Origin: a virus
Lineage: Duplodnaviria; Caudoviricetes
DNA: 64,000 nucleotides
IMG/VR virus record: IMGVR_UViG_642918881_000001
Span: 5,905 to 69,904 of that record
Reading direction: 5' to 3' (one strand)
The notes under the pieces are model-generated. The model was given only the letters and a program-made list of their open reading frames with translations. It ran no database searches and was not told the DNA's origin. Below, in pieces: positions 19,301 through 28,766 of the stretch. The translations under genes and the position numbers were made by a program. Positions within the stretch are counted from its first letter, which is position 1. Every line of letters starts with the position of its first letter.

Positions 19301-19430
19301 CGCGGCGCTGGAGCGTGGCGGCTTCGGCGGTGGTGGCAGCCGAACCGTCCATGCTCCCATTACTGTGATCGGTGGCGGCGAGAGCACCGCTGACGTGATT
19401 GAGCAGCGCCTGCTCAAGCTGATGCCGTAG
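13350..19430 (+). CDS. tape measure protein
   Basis: 2026 aa, Ala/Gly-rich and helical; longest gene; lies between chaperone and minor tail genes. Confidence 0.95.
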   Translation: MTDVGKISLGVEIHADDLAAKLGEAVRRAVLPTLDKVNRKLNEVQREYRNTGNAAERSADKQVRQLRRVATEAAATAAAVRAVQGAYGNGPRRDPVPPIDRQRRATDSLGNSTRSVADAQRELNEAINIFGRRSPVVEAAQRRLARAEAAHTAELVRAAARSRASTDSQVNDYERLAREAERSAARQAAAARAAGGGGGRGGGGSGGGGRRGVLGFLTGTTGLNTIALGASALPAVATGVVNIVGAVQQLSQAGLALPGIFAGAASSIGIAVVGFKGMGDAVKALMDAADDPAKLEEANKQLEKMAPAAAAVAREVAKLAGPTGPLKQFQKDIAQPLFAGIDTQLDDFTNKVLPRVKPGAQKIAGAWNNTFSEAMRVGGSDKTLGFIDRIFGNTAEGQNRANKAIAPLTSALGQLAATGSDFLPRLGDAITSVSERLDKFISKNAANGNLFRWIDEGLNGMRAFGNAVLNVFKTITGLTKAAGALDGSLSGDGGFLGWLERSTKAMSDLTNSASGQAKLTAFFRDGRADLERWGDLLRDIWPAIREVIKGFQAWGDIIFPIIKAAGSLVGSLAEVPGLLQAVLVGFLAWRTIGGIVGGITGKIKAMNTAAAAGAGATGGKGQSALLGGSLLLSGTTMQQNAGTSTTSGVLGALQTIGGGAVLGGTIGSVIPGVGTGIGALVGGGLGAALAGYNALVNQNKIATEAAAAAAEKWAATNERSHQAMLLNSQAIKSMNDALAESGGAIDTATLAAVGEQVNAIPEKLAGAYDESTLKGIATALGDVGMTTEQMAATITGSQGQFDALIGRLNGMGPAGQIAAQQLASIRDNTLGAAQNASVAAPLLQQLADKFGGLAGAQVAVENAFAGIPTDVPININMPNGQAVFDILKEIGAQIQTNQDGTINVTAPLAPAVLDQLRALGIQIQQNKDGTIVVQIDQARYQDTIAKLGTVGQLYDDLFRKSGALPLPPVPGAPPPRNNAADPFQLPPPRPGGADGMVIPGYAPGHDIVNAVLAPGEGVLIPEAVRGLGGPAGVYALNSRFRSGLSKRYYADGGVHTGSGALPGPPGGETELGVLMQIRDLLAGKGGVGAVAQTAAATDTIAKASTETSGQTTGPFGTPIKARNRGYEAAAAAIQALGGDPEKWIGADPTTYAAPTASGALGGTTAALPGMVDIAALQKFAMTGNVADLPPGISLNDPVVTAITGARNKKKGLSDQQISDLIGQGLGPGGYTGTLDSDNTSLVKALERLRTKGTKVPGGTAAVAGSTGVPTYALPTGAMGAALDPISAYAAKYSGGQYSWGGSDLAAGLSDCSGAVSDLVEIITQGQATSKRLFSTADAGSVLSSLGAVSGAVPGALQIGWSAEHMRATLPNGVAFESGGGTGQGATYGGNAKGAEGMPNIMSLPVNGVPLGAGMSGALPGGAAAAGGGTPVFVTNWPGGGQGQLPPGVNQILGGLTQGGGQAAQNVLGDVMGAVAGVGQEGWATKGATYAQLNQLVQEGNPLALAKAFGLNVEDFTRQGGAGTDVEKNDQAYDASGRLFSDTSALFDRTLTSLNAQLQAMREQMVGVIEQVSQKLNDSALEPVVKAGVQSALEGLKDSVSNAIGTAMGNAAAPPIADAVSSAVASLPIDNTGSGNVGGNLAGAATGVIGMAGGGPVSGGVAGKDSVPALLMPGEFVLNTMDVARMGGTHGVEAARRKGFRHYATGGGVIGNDTVGADFFGVSEVPIIGAIVNLLVRVLLQVIGVEIEVRDTMNEMSSDFRQFRGDAFKAFDAQGRLLNDTSGLIERTQSSEETAAEERIRILKIVIQALIKYIIEKVIVPITKAVANAAIQAGASAAGAAVNTQAPGAGGIVSSLISSAGQAGVDIAAEVGTDFALAISETLIDMVGDQLQSSFPDLVSGVFGGGALASIFDPAGGFLGTLIGGLLGSITAIFGGLFGGASTLIPGQSFDQGGLAIGEGYLPKATAEPELVLSPTETSLFSRFVAALERGGFGGGGSRTVHAPITVIGGGESTADVIEQRLLKLMP

Positions 19431-19438
19431 GAGGACAC

Positions 19439-20872
19439 GTGGCGTTCCGTGGCTACTTCGCTCTGGACGGGGTGGAGTTTGCCAACAGCAGCCGCGTGGT
19501 GGCCCACATCGGGGCCAACATTCCCACCATGGACCTGGGCCTGCTGGGCGACCCCGGCGACTGCTCGCTGACGCCCGTGGCCGGTAGCCCGCTGCTGGCC
19601 GAACTGCCCGCCAGCACAGTGCCCATCGGGCCAGGGCGGCTGCTGGGCACCGTGCCCGACGGCACACGGCTGTACGGGCCTGGGCTGGGCCTGGTGGGTG
19701 ACTGCTGGACGCCGGACAATCTCTGCTTCGGCTGCCGGGACAGCATCGGATACGACGACAGCTGGCCGGGCCTGGCCGACCTCCTGGACGACAGCCTGTA
19801 CCGGCCGGAGCTGGCACCCTGGTACACCACGCGCGTGCCTGAGAGCGCCGAGTTCGGCGGCGTATGGGTGATGGACGTGAAGGGTCTGGACACCACGCCG
19901 ACGCAGCGCGACGTGACCGAGGTGGCCGGTGCCGGTGGCGCACCCGGCCCCGTGCGCAATCCCAGCCGCCAGGTGACGTTCGACGCGCTGCTGGTGGCCT
20001 GCACGAATGCGGGCCTGACCTATGGCCTGCAATGGCTGACCTGTCTGCTGCGGGCCACCGACGCCGACGACGGCAGCACGCTGCGGTACCTGGCGGCGCA
20101 TCCCGGCGGCAGCACCGCCGACCCCGTGACGCTCATCCGCGAAGTGCATGGTGTGGTGCTCAGCCAGGAGCCCCAGGTGCAGGACGCGCAGAACCTGGCG
20201 CGCGGCCAGCACAGCCAGGCCACCGTATACCGGGTGCAGTGGACCATGACCGTTACCCGGCCATACGCCTACAGCCCGCCGGTCGACGTGGCGGTGGACT
20301 GGGACGAGACCACGCTGGACCCCATCAATTGGATCCACGGGGCCGATTGCAAGACCCCTGCCAGCTGCGACGACATGCCGGTGTTCTTTGCCGAGGGCTG
20401 CGACGTGGAGCCTATCGAGGTCGTCACGACGCCGCCGCCGACGTGCGGCGGGTGTATGCCGGTGTGCGCGGTGCAGCGGCGCGTCTTTGAGCTGCCGGTA
20501 TTCGACAGCCCGTACCGCTGCCGCCAAACCGCCGTAACGCTGCGCGTGCGCAACAACGGCGAGCAGCCCCTGACCCTCCAGGCGTTCTACCGGCAAACCG
20601 ATACCCGCGAGCAGTGCGGCGACCAGCTGTGGCCTATCCAGCTGACCGGTGTGCCCAGCCAGGGCGAAGTAGTGCTCGACGGCATCAGCGGCCGGTTCTG
20701 GCTGAACTGGGCCGGGCGCAAGCGCCGCCCGTTCAACATGGTCAGCACGATGAGCGGTGTGCCGTGGCGTCCGGCCGTCATCGACCGCGACCGGGGCTGG
20801 GAGCTGGTGGTGATCAGCGACGGCGCTGCCACCTTCGACGTAAGCATGAGCCTGGCCGACCGGGAGGTGTGA
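19439..20872 (+). CDS. minor tail protein (distal tail-like)
   Basis: First gene after the tape measure; GGAGG RBS. Confidence 0.8.
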   Translation: MAFRGYFALDGVEFANSSRVVAHIGANIPTMDLGLLGDPGDCSLTPVAGSPLLAELPASTVPIGPGRLLGTVPDGTRLYGPGLGLVGDCWTPDNLCFGCRDSIGYDDSWPGLADLLDDSLYRPELAPWYTTRVPESAEFGGVWVMDVKGLDTTPTQRDVTEVAGAGGAPGPVRNPSRQVTFDALLVACTNAGLTYGLQWLTCLLRATDADDGSTLRYLAAHPGGSTADPVTLIREVHGVVLSQEPQVQDAQNLARGQHSQATVYRVQWTMTVTRPYAYSPPVDVAVDWDETTLDPINWIHGADCKTPASCDDMPVFFAEGCDVEPIEVVTTPPPTCGGCMPVCAVQRRVFELPVFDSPYRCRQTAVTLRVRNNGEQPLTLQAFYRQTDTREQCGDQLWPIQLTGVPSQGEVVLDGISGRFWLNWAGRKRRPFNMVSTMSGVPWRPAVIDRDRGWELVVISDGAATFDVSMSLADREV

Positions 20873-20873
20873 C

Positions 20874-21950
20874 GTGCCGGTCGTAACCGACGATCTGCTG
20901 GTCAGCCTCCACACTGCCGGGGGCTCGACGCTGTATCAGTTTCTCCCCGACGACTACACCGACCTCACGTTCAGTAGGGCCACGCGCGACGGCAGCCAGT
21001 GCAACCTGACGGTCCCGCCGCTGCCTGGTGGCCAGCGCCTGCCCGACATTGTGTACTGGCACCACTGGCTCACCGTGTGGGACGGCACCCGCCAGGGCGC
21101 GGAGGCGGTGCTGTGGACAGGGCCGATCAAGAAGATTCGGGACAACCGCGCCGGGCTGGCGCTCCAGGCGGTGGACCACAGCGCCTACCTGAGTCGCACC
21201 CGCAACCCGACGACCAAGCGGTGGGACGCCGCCGACCCGTCCACGGTGGCCGGTGAGCTGTGGGCCGACATGATCGCCGCCCAGGGGCTGCGCACGCGGG
21301 CCATCGTGCGGCCGGACCCCGAGGGCGACCGGTACGACTTCCAGGTCATCACCGACGAGCAGATGCTGGACCAGACCATGAGCCAGCTGGTGGACTACGG
21401 GCTGCGCTGGACCGTGGTGGCGGGCACGCCCATCCTTGGCCCGCTGCCGCTGGACCCGGTAGCCACCCTGGGAGAGGAACACTTTCTGGGCGACGGCATC
21501 GACTTCGTGCGTGACGGCACCGCCGCCGTGAACGACGTGCTGGTGCGCGGCCAGGACAACCTGGCCCGCGAGCGCGTCGACTTCTACGGCCAGAACCTGC
21601 AATCCATCGTCAACCTGGACAGCATGTCCGGCGTCAGCAACGTGACGCGGGCGGCGCAGAAGTACGTTCGCACCACCGGCAGCCTGCGCACCACTATGGA
21701 ACTGCCCAGCGGCACCGTGCTGCACCCGAACGCGCCGGTCACCATTGACCAGCTGATGCCAAGCGCCCGGTTCGTCATCGAGGCGCGCGGCATCCGTCAG
21801 CTGATGTTGCTCACCGCGTGCGAGGTCAACCGGCGGGCCGGAGCAGCTACCGTGACGGTCACCATGGAAAGTGTGGAGGAGAAGCTGGAGCTGACCAGCG
21901 ACAAGGCCGGGCCTTCGCTGAGCCTGAGCGCCGGGGCGGCGGGCCGATGA
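20874..21950 (+). CDS. minor tail protein (baseplate hub-like)
   Basis: Synteny; WHHWLTVWDG...LWTGPI motif. Confidence 0.8.
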   Translation: MPVVTDDLLVSLHTAGGSTLYQFLPDDYTDLTFSRATRDGSQCNLTVPPLPGGQRLPDIVYWHHWLTVWDGTRQGAEAVLWTGPIKKIRDNRAGLALQAVDHSAYLSRTRNPTTKRWDAADPSTVAGELWADMIAAQGLRTRAIVRPDPEGDRYDFQVITDEQMLDQTMSQLVDYGLRWTVVAGTPILGPLPLDPVATLGEEHFLGDGIDFVRDGTAAVNDVLVRGQDNLARERVDFYGQNLQSIVNLDSMSGVSNVTRAAQKYVRTTGSLRTTMELPSGTVLHPNAPVTIDQLMPSARFVIEARGIRQLMLLTACEVNRRAGAATVTVTMESVEEKLELTSDKAGPSLSLSAGAAGR

Positions 21951-24244
21951 CAGCACTGCTTGCACCGGGGCGCACCCCGCAGAACGACGCCGAGCTGGCC
22001 CGTAGCTTCCACGACCGGCTGCGCAAGCTGGAGACCGCCAGCACCGTGCGCGTCGGCCCGTGGGTGCTGTCCAACGACCCGGCCACCGGCAACCTGCGGG
22101 CGACCCGGCCGGGGCAGACCGTCCTCATTGACGACCAGGGCGCGACCGAGACCCTGGACCCCGCCAGCCTGAACCTGTCCGGCTATGTCACGGACAAAGA
22201 GCTGGTAGACGCCCTGAGCCAGATCGACACGGGCGGCTCGCTGGAGTCGATGTGGTCCGATCTGTACACCGCGCTCACGGGCCTGCTCAATCCGGTGAAC
22301 GCGCTGGCGGCGCTGGCCAACTTCTTCAAGGTGGAGCTGGGCAGCCCCATCACCAGCAATCGCCTGCCGCTGATTCCGCTGTCGCACATCCGGCCGGTGA
22401 ATCCGAACCTGCTGCTCGACGGCAGTTTCGATGACGAGGCCACGCTGTCGGGATTCCCCGATTGGGACTACGACGAGGCCGACGGCCGCAGCCGCCCCGG
22501 CTGCGCCTACACCATGGCCGACGGACTCACGCACACCATCCGCAGCAACGCGGTGGAGGTGGAAGCCGACGACGAGCTGGACGCCGAGGTCTATGCCAAG
22601 TGGGTCGACCTGGCGGTCAGCGCCGCCACACCTATCCAGCTGGCCATTGCCAGCTATGACGAGGACGACGTACTGATCGGCGGCGCGCCTGCGGTGGTGG
22701 CCAGCGCCGGGGCTGCGGGCAACAGCGGCGGGACCAACGGCTGGGGCACCAAGCTGAGCGTGACCGGCTGGAGCCCGCCTGCGAACGCCAAGTACGTCGT
22801 CGTGGAGCTGACGGTGACCACCGGGGCGACCGGCGGCACCGTCAAGTACGACGACGCCGCGCTGCGCAAGACGGGCACCCTGCCGCAGAGCTACATCAAC
22901 GGGCTGGTCGACGCACTGGCGGGGCTGTGGAGCGGCATCCAGGCCCGTATTGACGACTTCATGGACCTGCTGGACGCATTCGGCGGGTTCGTCATCGGCA
23001 CCGGCCAGGGCCAGCTCACCGACGTGATTACTCGGCTCCAGGCGCTCAACCCGCTCACCGGTGTGTTCGACGCCAGCAAGCTGGGCAACCTGGCCAACAT
23101 CCCGGCCATTGGCCAGGACAAGATCATCGGCCTGGTGGACGACCTGGCCGACGCGGTGGCCAATGGTGGGCAGACCGTGCGGGATGCGATCGTGCAGGCG
23201 CTGACGGGTGCGGTGCCGCCGGGCGGCGCGACCGACGCCAACGTGATCAGTGCGCTGACCAGCATTCCGGCCACGCTGGTGCAAAGCGCGGTGGAGGGCG
23301 CGAGCAACATTGACGACGCCATCCAGCAGGCGCTGAACGCCGTGGTGGAAGGCGCGAGCGGTGTGCTGAGCGCGCCCGGCACCTTCGTGGACATGATCAA
23401 CCAGCTGGCGGGCCTGCGGAACAGCGCCGCCGGTGCGAACGCGGCGGTGGTCAATCTCCAGGCGACCGTGGCCGGGCTGGACCCGGCGGCGTCGTCGGAG
23501 GTCATCAACTTCGGCGAGTACGTGGACGCGGCCACGCCGCCCAGCATGTTCACGAAGTTCTCCGACACCGGCTCCGGCGCGCTGATCACCAGCGCCGGTG
23601 AGCTGCGCTGGGACAGTGCCAGCGCTGGGCGCGAGCTGTACCTGTTCAACGGTGGCCCGCTCCAGACCGACCTCTTCGAGGTGTCGATGGTGTTGCCGCA
23701 GGTGCCGACGCACGGCTGGTTCGGTGCGGACAGTACGAACTACGTCTGGCTGATCGGCCGGTCGAACGCGGGCAGCACCGCCCTGGTAGCGGCGCGCCTG
23801 GCCTGGGATGAGATTCGGCTCTACAACCTGGCGGGCGGCACGTTCACGCAGTTCGGCCCCACCATCAGCGAGAGCGACCTGCTCACCGCCGGTTGCTCTG
23901 TCAGTTTCAAGGGCGGCACGGTGGCCGATCCCCGGTATTTCCACGTGTCCATCAATGGCACCAAGAAGCTGGTCTACACCGACGGCTCCGGTGGCCCGCC
24001 GGTCACGGTGCTGGGGCCGGATTACCGGAACTGTGGCCTGGGCGTGGAGAAGGGCAGCAGCTACCTCACCGCCACGGTGAGCACCTGGTCCATGCTCGAC
24101 GGCGGCAGCAGCGCCGGGTCCGGTGTGGTGGCCGGTTACACCGCCGCTGGCCTGACCAACCTGAACCTCTGGAAGGGCACCGCCGCGCAGTACGCAGCCA
24201 TCCCGACCAAGAACCCGAACACCATCTACGTGGTGAAGAACTGA
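21947..24244 (+). CDS. minor tail protein
   Basis: ATGA overlap; NLLLDGSFD carbohydrate-binding-like motif; C-terminal KGTAAQYAAIPTKNPNTIYVV. Confidence 0.8.
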   Translation: MTALLAPGRTPQNDAELARSFHDRLRKLETASTVRVGPWVLSNDPATGNLRATRPGQTVLIDDQGATETLDPASLNLSGYVTDKELVDALSQIDTGGSLESMWSDLYTALTGLLNPVNALAALANFFKVELGSPITSNRLPLIPLSHIRPVNPNLLLDGSFDDEATLSGFPDWDYDEADGRSRPGCAYTMADGLTHTIRSNAVEVEADDELDAEVYAKWVDLAVSAATPIQLAIASYDEDDVLIGGAPAVVASAGAAGNSGGTNGWGTKLSVTGWSPPANAKYVVVELTVTTGATGGTVKYDDAALRKTGTLPQSYINGLVDALAGLWSGIQARIDDFMDLLDAFGGFVIGTGQGQLTDVITRLQALNPLTGVFDASKLGNLANIPAIGQDKIIGLVDDLADAVANGGQTVRDAIVQALTGAVPPGGATDANVISALTSIPATLVQSAVEGASNIDDAIQQALNAVVEGASGVLSAPGTFVDMINQLAGLRNSAAGANAAVVNLQATVAGLDPAASSEVINFGEYVDAATPPSMFTKFSDTGSGALITSAGELRWDSASAGRELYLFNGGPLQTDLFEVSMVLPQVPTHGWFGADSTNYVWLIGRSNAGSTALVAARLAWDEIRLYNLAGGTFTQFGPTISESDLLTAGCSVSFKGGTVADPRYFHVSINGTKKLVYTDGSGGPPVTVLGPDYRNCGLGVEKGSSYLTATVSTWSMLDGGSSAGSGVVAGYTAAGLTNLNLWKGTAAQYAAIPTKNPNTIYVVKN

Positions 24245-25584
24245 TGCCGGTATTCATCGGTGACGAGACCATCGACACCCTGCTGAACCAGCTGGGCCAG
24301 GACTACGACAGCGTGTATATCGGCAGCGACAAGGTGTGGCCGGACATCACGTTCCCCTACACCCTGGTGAACACCAACGTCACCGGCGCAGCCATCCCGC
24401 CGGGCGCGACCGGCGCATGGGTCCACCTCTGGGGCCGGGGCACCCCTGGCGGCAACGGCGGGCATGAGGACGGCACCCCGTCCAATGGTGACGCGCCCGG
24501 CGGCTCAGGCGGCGGCGGTGGCGGGCACGTGCACAAAATTTTCATCTACGTGGAGGACATGGGCTCGGACTGGTCGCTGTTCTACGGGCCAGCGGCGGGC
24601 GCTCCCAACCGCTTCATCACGGGCGGCGTTGACCTGATCGCCAACAGCGCCAACGGCGTGAACGGCGGCACCGCCGTGGCCAACGGGCTGACCGCCGACT
24701 ACTACTCGCCACGGGCATCCAATGGCGGCAACCGAGGCCAGGACTCCAACGGTGGCGGTGCGGGCGGCGCTGACGGCGGCGATGCCAGCTGGACCGGTGA
24801 CAACGCACCGAACACCAGCCCGCCCGGCCAGCGCGGCATCGGTTCCAACGGCGGCACCAACGGCGGCACCGGCGGCATCGCATACGGTGAGGGCAACGCA
24901 CACCACTACGCCTCCGGTGGCGGTGGCGGTGGCGGCGGCGGATACACCGCAGGCGGTCCCGGCGGTGCGGGCACACAGAACACGGGCGGCACTGGCGGGT
25001 CCGGCGGCGCGGCGCGTGCCGAGGTCATCTGGACCAACGAGATTGTTCCCAAGGACAAGACCTGGGAGTACGCGCCCGGTGCGTGGAGCTGGACCATGCC
25101 CGCCTGGGCGCAGACCGGCTGGGCGGTCGACCTGATCGAGTTCGGCGGCGGCAAGGGCGGCAACAACGGCGGCAGCACCAGCGCGGGCAATGGCGGTCTG
25201 GGCAGCGTCGGCGTCGGCCAGACGCTCATCATCGGTACCGACATCGCCCTGGGCGGCACCCTGAGCGGCAACGTGGGCAGCGGCGGCGCAAGCAACGGCG
25301 GCAACGGCGGGAACACCACCTGTACGCAGACCGGCCTCACCAGCAACGGCGCAACGGGCACCAACAGCGCCCAGGCGGGCACAGCGGCGACGGGCGTCAC
25401 CATTGGCGGCAAGACGTACGGCGGTGGCGCAGGCGGCTCTACAGGCAGCACTACGTCGGCAGGGCAGGCCGGTGGCACGCCGGGCGGCGGTGGCCAGGGT
25501 GGCGGGTCGATATTCTTCATTGGCCAGGCGGGCGGCGTCGGCGGCGAAGGCCGGGTGTACGTGCGTCTGCGGCAGGTGATCTAA
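24244..25584 (+). CDS. glycine-rich minor tail / fibre protein
   Basis: TGATG overlap; MPVFIGD...VYIGSDKVWP N-terminus; GGGGG-rich domains. Confidence 0.8.
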   Translation: MPVFIGDETIDTLLNQLGQDYDSVYIGSDKVWPDITFPYTLVNTNVTGAAIPPGATGAWVHLWGRGTPGGNGGHEDGTPSNGDAPGGSGGGGGGHVHKIFIYVEDMGSDWSLFYGPAAGAPNRFITGGVDLIANSANGVNGGTAVANGLTADYYSPRASNGGNRGQDSNGGGAGGADGGDASWTGDNAPNTSPPGQRGIGSNGGTNGGTGGIAYGEGNAHHYASGGGGGGGGGYTAGGPGGAGTQNTGGTGGSGGAARAEVIWTNEIVPKDKTWEYAPGAWSWTMPAWAQTGWAVDLIEFGGGKGGNNGGSTSAGNGGLGSVGVGQTLIIGTDIALGGTLSGNVGSGGASNGGNGGNTTCTQTGLTSNGATGTNSAQAGTAATGVTIGGKTYGGGAGGSTGSTTSAGQAGGTPGGGGQGGGSIFFIGQAGGVGGEGRVYVRLRQVI

Positions 25585-25586
25585 CC

Positions 25587-26747
25587 GTGACGGGCTGGTT
25601 CCAGGCCCCGTCGGTGCCACCGCTGCCCGCGCCGGGCTGGTTCGACGGCGACGACCCGCATCCCACGCCGCCGGAGCCCGACATTGCCTGGTGGGCGGTG
25701 CTCACCGTCGACATGGCGCACACCGTGGCGGCGGTCAGCACCATGGAGCTGGGCGCGTTCAAGGCCCTGGGCATCGTCCACAGCGTTCACGCCACGCAGC
25801 AGCTGGCGCTCCAGGCGCTGCTGCGGCTGAACATCAACCACGGCGTCACCGCGCAGAACACGCTCACGTTCCAGGGGCTCTACATGCTGGACATGTCGCT
25901 GGCGCTGAGCGTGCAGCACGCCCTGACCCTGGCCCGCGTGAAGGACATCGCGGTGCCGATGCCGGTGGCGGTCGGCCACACGTTGACCCTGGCCCGCGTG
26001 CTGGACATGCAACTGGAGCACGCCCTGGCCAGCAGCCAGGTGCTCACCCTCCAGAAGTACCGCACACTCGCGGTGACGCAGAACGTGGCGGTGGGCCAGT
26101 CGCTGAACCTGGCCAAGATTCGCACGCTGGCGCTGGCCAACACGCTGGTCACCACACATCAGATGTCCATGGGCTTTCCGACCACCGGCCTGCCTGCCCC
26201 GGCCAACTTCACCGCCGCCGGGGCTTACACCTACACGTTCCCGCGCAATTGCGACTTCGTGGACGCGGTGCTGCTCGGCGCTGGCGGCGGCGGGGCCAGC
26301 TCCGGCACGTTCTACACGCTTAAGGGCTACCCCGGCCAGGCGGGCGTCTGGGCCACCGCCACACTCCAGCGCGGGCTGACGCTGGCATGGACGGTTACGC
26401 AGTTCACCGGCCAGGTGGGCACCGGCGGCGCTCGCGGTAGCGGCGGCTTCACCGGCACCGCCGGTGAAGCAGGTACCGCCACCACGTCGGCCGCGACCGG
26501 CTGGGGCGGGCTCAGCGGAGCGGGCGGTGCCGGTGGCATCGCCAACGCCACCGGCACCAGCGACAACGTGGGCCGGTCACCGGGAAACATCACGTACAAC
26601 GGCATCCCCTACACCGGCGGCGGTACGCAATCCACCAACGGCGGGGCCGGTAACCCGCCTGGTGGCGGCGGTGCGGGCGGGTCCAACTTCGGCGGCGCGG
26701 GCGGCGTCGGCGCTGCGGGGGCGGCTCGTTACAGGGCCTACCAGTAG
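25587..26747 (+). CDS. glycine-rich minor tail protein
   Basis: GTG 25587; repeated LTL-containing beta segments, then a Gly-rich domain (VLLGAGGGG). Confidence 0.75.
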   Translation: MTGWFQAPSVPPLPAPGWFDGDDPHPTPPEPDIAWWAVLTVDMAHTVAAVSTMELGAFKALGIVHSVHATQQLALQALLRLNINHGVTAQNTLTFQGLYMLDMSLALSVQHALTLARVKDIAVPMPVAVGHTLTLARVLDMQLEHALASSQVLTLQKYRTLAVTQNVAVGQSLNLAKIRTLALANTLVTTHQMSMGFPTTGLPAPANFTAAGAYTYTFPRNCDFVDAVLLGAGGGGASSGTFYTLKGYPGQAGVWATATLQRGLTLAWTVTQFTGQVGTGGARGSGGFTGTAGEAGTATTSAATGWGGLSGAGGAGGIANATGTSDNVGRSPGNITYNGIPYTGGGTQSTNGGAGNPPGGGGAGGSNFGGAGGVGAAGAARYRAYQ

Positions 26748-26757
26748 GATCACGACC

Positions 26758-27153
26758 GTGGCTGTGGGAATGACCGCCTATCTGGCGAACAAGTTGCTGG
26801 ACCACGTGTTCCGCAACGTGGCCTACACCCCGCCTGCGGTGGTGTACTTCCGGCCGCACATCGGTGACCCCGGCGCGAACGGCACCGCTAACGGGTCGGC
26901 GAATACCACGCGCTACGCGATGAGCTTCGGCGTGGCCGGGGCCAGCACCGCCGGGCAGATCGCCCTGACGAACTTCCCCGAGCACACCCTGAACGCCACC
27001 GAGACCATCACCCACGGTTCGATCTGGGACGCGGCCACCGGCGGCAACTGCCTGATCACCGGCCAGGCCACCGTCAGCAAGGGCGGTGTCAGCGGCGACA
27101 TCATCAGGCTGGCATCCGACATCGTGGGCATCACGCCCATCGCCGCCACATAG
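26758..27153 (+). CDS. minor tail / tail-fibre-associated protein
   Basis: YLANKLLDHVFRNVAYTPP...ETITHGSIWDAATGGNCL, a motif pattern common in phage tail proteins. Confidence 0.75.
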   Translation: MAVGMTAYLANKLLDHVFRNVAYTPPAVVYFRPHIGDPGANGTANGSANTTRYAMSFGVAGASTAGQIALTNFPEHTLNATETITHGSIWDAATGGNCLITGQATVSKGGVSGDIIRLASDIVGITPIAAT

Positions 27154-27161
27154 GAGACACC

Positions 27162-27512
27162 ATGCCTGAACTTACGTGGGCAGTGGCCTGGGAGGTCGCT
27201 ACGCCGCCGGTGGATCTTCTGCCCAGCCAGCCCATCCCGCCGACGCCGCCCACCGACGACAGCGAAGAGGCGGCGCAGCAGTACAGCGACGACTACGCCG
27301 CCTATGAGGTGGCCCTGGACGCCGCCTACCACCAGACGCAGACCGTACTGGCCGATGAGCAGTGGTGGAGCACCACGCGGATGGAGTTCGCCGACGAGGC
27401 CGAGGCCCGTGCCACCCTGCCCACCATGATCCGCGCGAACGCCAGCAGCCCCTACGCGCGCAACTTCCGGCTGGAGACATCCCCGCCTCGGGTGTGGGCC
27501 ACCGTAAGCTGA
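27162..27512 (+). CDS. hypothetical protein
   Basis: AGGAG RBS; GC3-biased codons. Confidence 0.7.
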   Translation: MPELTWAVAWEVATPPVDLLPSQPIPPTPPTDDSEEAAQQYSDDYAAYEVALDAAYHQTQTVLADEQWWSTTRMEFADEAEARATLPTMIRANASSPYARNFRLETSPPRVWATVS

Positions 27513-27516
27513 GCGC

Positions 27517-28164
27517 GTGACCACGCCCAGCGTCTGCGTATCGGAGCACCTGGTCGTCGGTTCCGACGGCAAGCTACGGCTGGCTCCGTGGTCGGTGCCG
27601 CGCCTGGTGGCCGACGAGATTGCCCACAGCGGTGCAGACACCACCAAGCTGCTGGAAACCAGCACACTGCCCGGCCGCTTGCTGATCGACAAGCCCGGCG
27701 TCATGTGGACGAACCTGACCCCGGTGGACCACATGGTGCGCGTGATGGTTACCCGGCGCTGGAAGCGATGGATCACCAGCAACCCGAACGCGGTGCAGTT
27801 CCGTGACCGGTGGTCCAGCGCCATTACGCCCAAGGGCAGCGCCGACGTGCTGCCTGCCGAGCCGGTGGTCAGCGGTATTTTCAACAGCCAGTGCGGCAGC
27901 GCAGGTGACCTGGGCAGCAACACGGTGGCCGAGCCGGTGCCCGGCAAGTTCTGGGCCTGGTGGGGCACCAACACCAGCGAGGAATGGCTGGGACCGCTGG
28001 CCCCCGGCGAGACGCTGCGCGTGCATTACCGCAGCTACGTGTGGACGCCGCCACCGTTCAGCGACAACGCGAACAAGAACGCGCCCGCCCATGAGGCCGA
28101 GGCCGGGTACGCGCGCATTCAGCTGATGGCCTTTCCGCAGCAGGGCAAGGTCGTGACCGGATGA
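27517..28164 (+). CDS. putative structural protein (paralog set 1 of 3)
   Basis: Shares an N-terminal Cys and a W-x-N-x-[TS]-P motif with the next two genes. Confidence 0.7.
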   Translation: MTTPSVCVSEHLVVGSDGKLRLAPWSVPRLVADEIAHSGADTTKLLETSTLPGRLLIDKPGVMWTNLTPVDHMVRVMVTRRWKRWITSNPNAVQFRDRWSSAITPKGSADVLPAEPVVSGIFNSQCGSAGDLGSNTVAEPVPGKFWAWWGTNTSEEWLGPLAPGETLRVHYRSYVWTPPPFSDNANKNAPAHEAEAGYARIQLMAFPQQGKVVTG

Positions 28165-28766
28165 GCAGCAGCCTGAAAATCTGCACCGGCGAGTACATGC
28201 TGAGCGACGTACGCGGCGTCGGCGTGGCGCGCACCTGGTTGCCCAACGTGATCGCCGAACAGTTTCTGGAGTCCACCAAGGACGGCGAAATCAAGCTGGC
28301 CCCCGACCCGGTAACCATGATCGACGGCGACCTGACCTGGTTCAACAACAGCAACGACCCGGTGCACGTGGCGGTGTTCGTCCACCGGGCACCGCGCAGC
28401 ATCGTGGCGCAGAACCCGGCCACCGTGGTCATCCACGACGCCTGGAGCCACCAGGTAGGCAAGAGCCCCAGTGCCGACTATCCCAGCGTCATCCAGGACA
28501 CGTTCGGCGGGCGCTTGCAGGTGGACCGCGCCAGCGTGGCCAAAGACCTCCTCCAGTTCGGCCGGTTCTTCCTGGACGGCGACGACAGCCAGACCTATGT
28601 CGACCTGGGCGAAGTACCGGCCAAGCAGTCGTTCCACTTCCGTTACCTGGCCGCTGTCCAGACACCGGGCGTCTGGACGCAGCCCAGCGAGTTCGAGCCG
28701 CGCTGGGAGGCGTATGCGCGGTGGACCCGGCTGGTGGCCATCGGTAGCCCGGTGGGGGCATTGTGA
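28161..28766 (+). CDS. putative structural protein (paralog set 2 of 3)
   Basis: ATGA overlap; WFNNSNDP motif. Confidence 0.7.
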   Translation: MSSSLKICTGEYMLSDVRGVGVARTWLPNVIAEQFLESTKDGEIKLAPDPVTMIDGDLTWFNNSNDPVHVAVFVHRAPRSIVAQNPATVVIHDAWSHQVGKSPSADYPSVIQDTFGGRLQVDRASVAKDLLQFGRFFLDGDDSQTYVDLGEVPAKQSFHFRYLAAVQTPGVWTQPSEFEPRWEAYARWTRLVAIGSPVGAL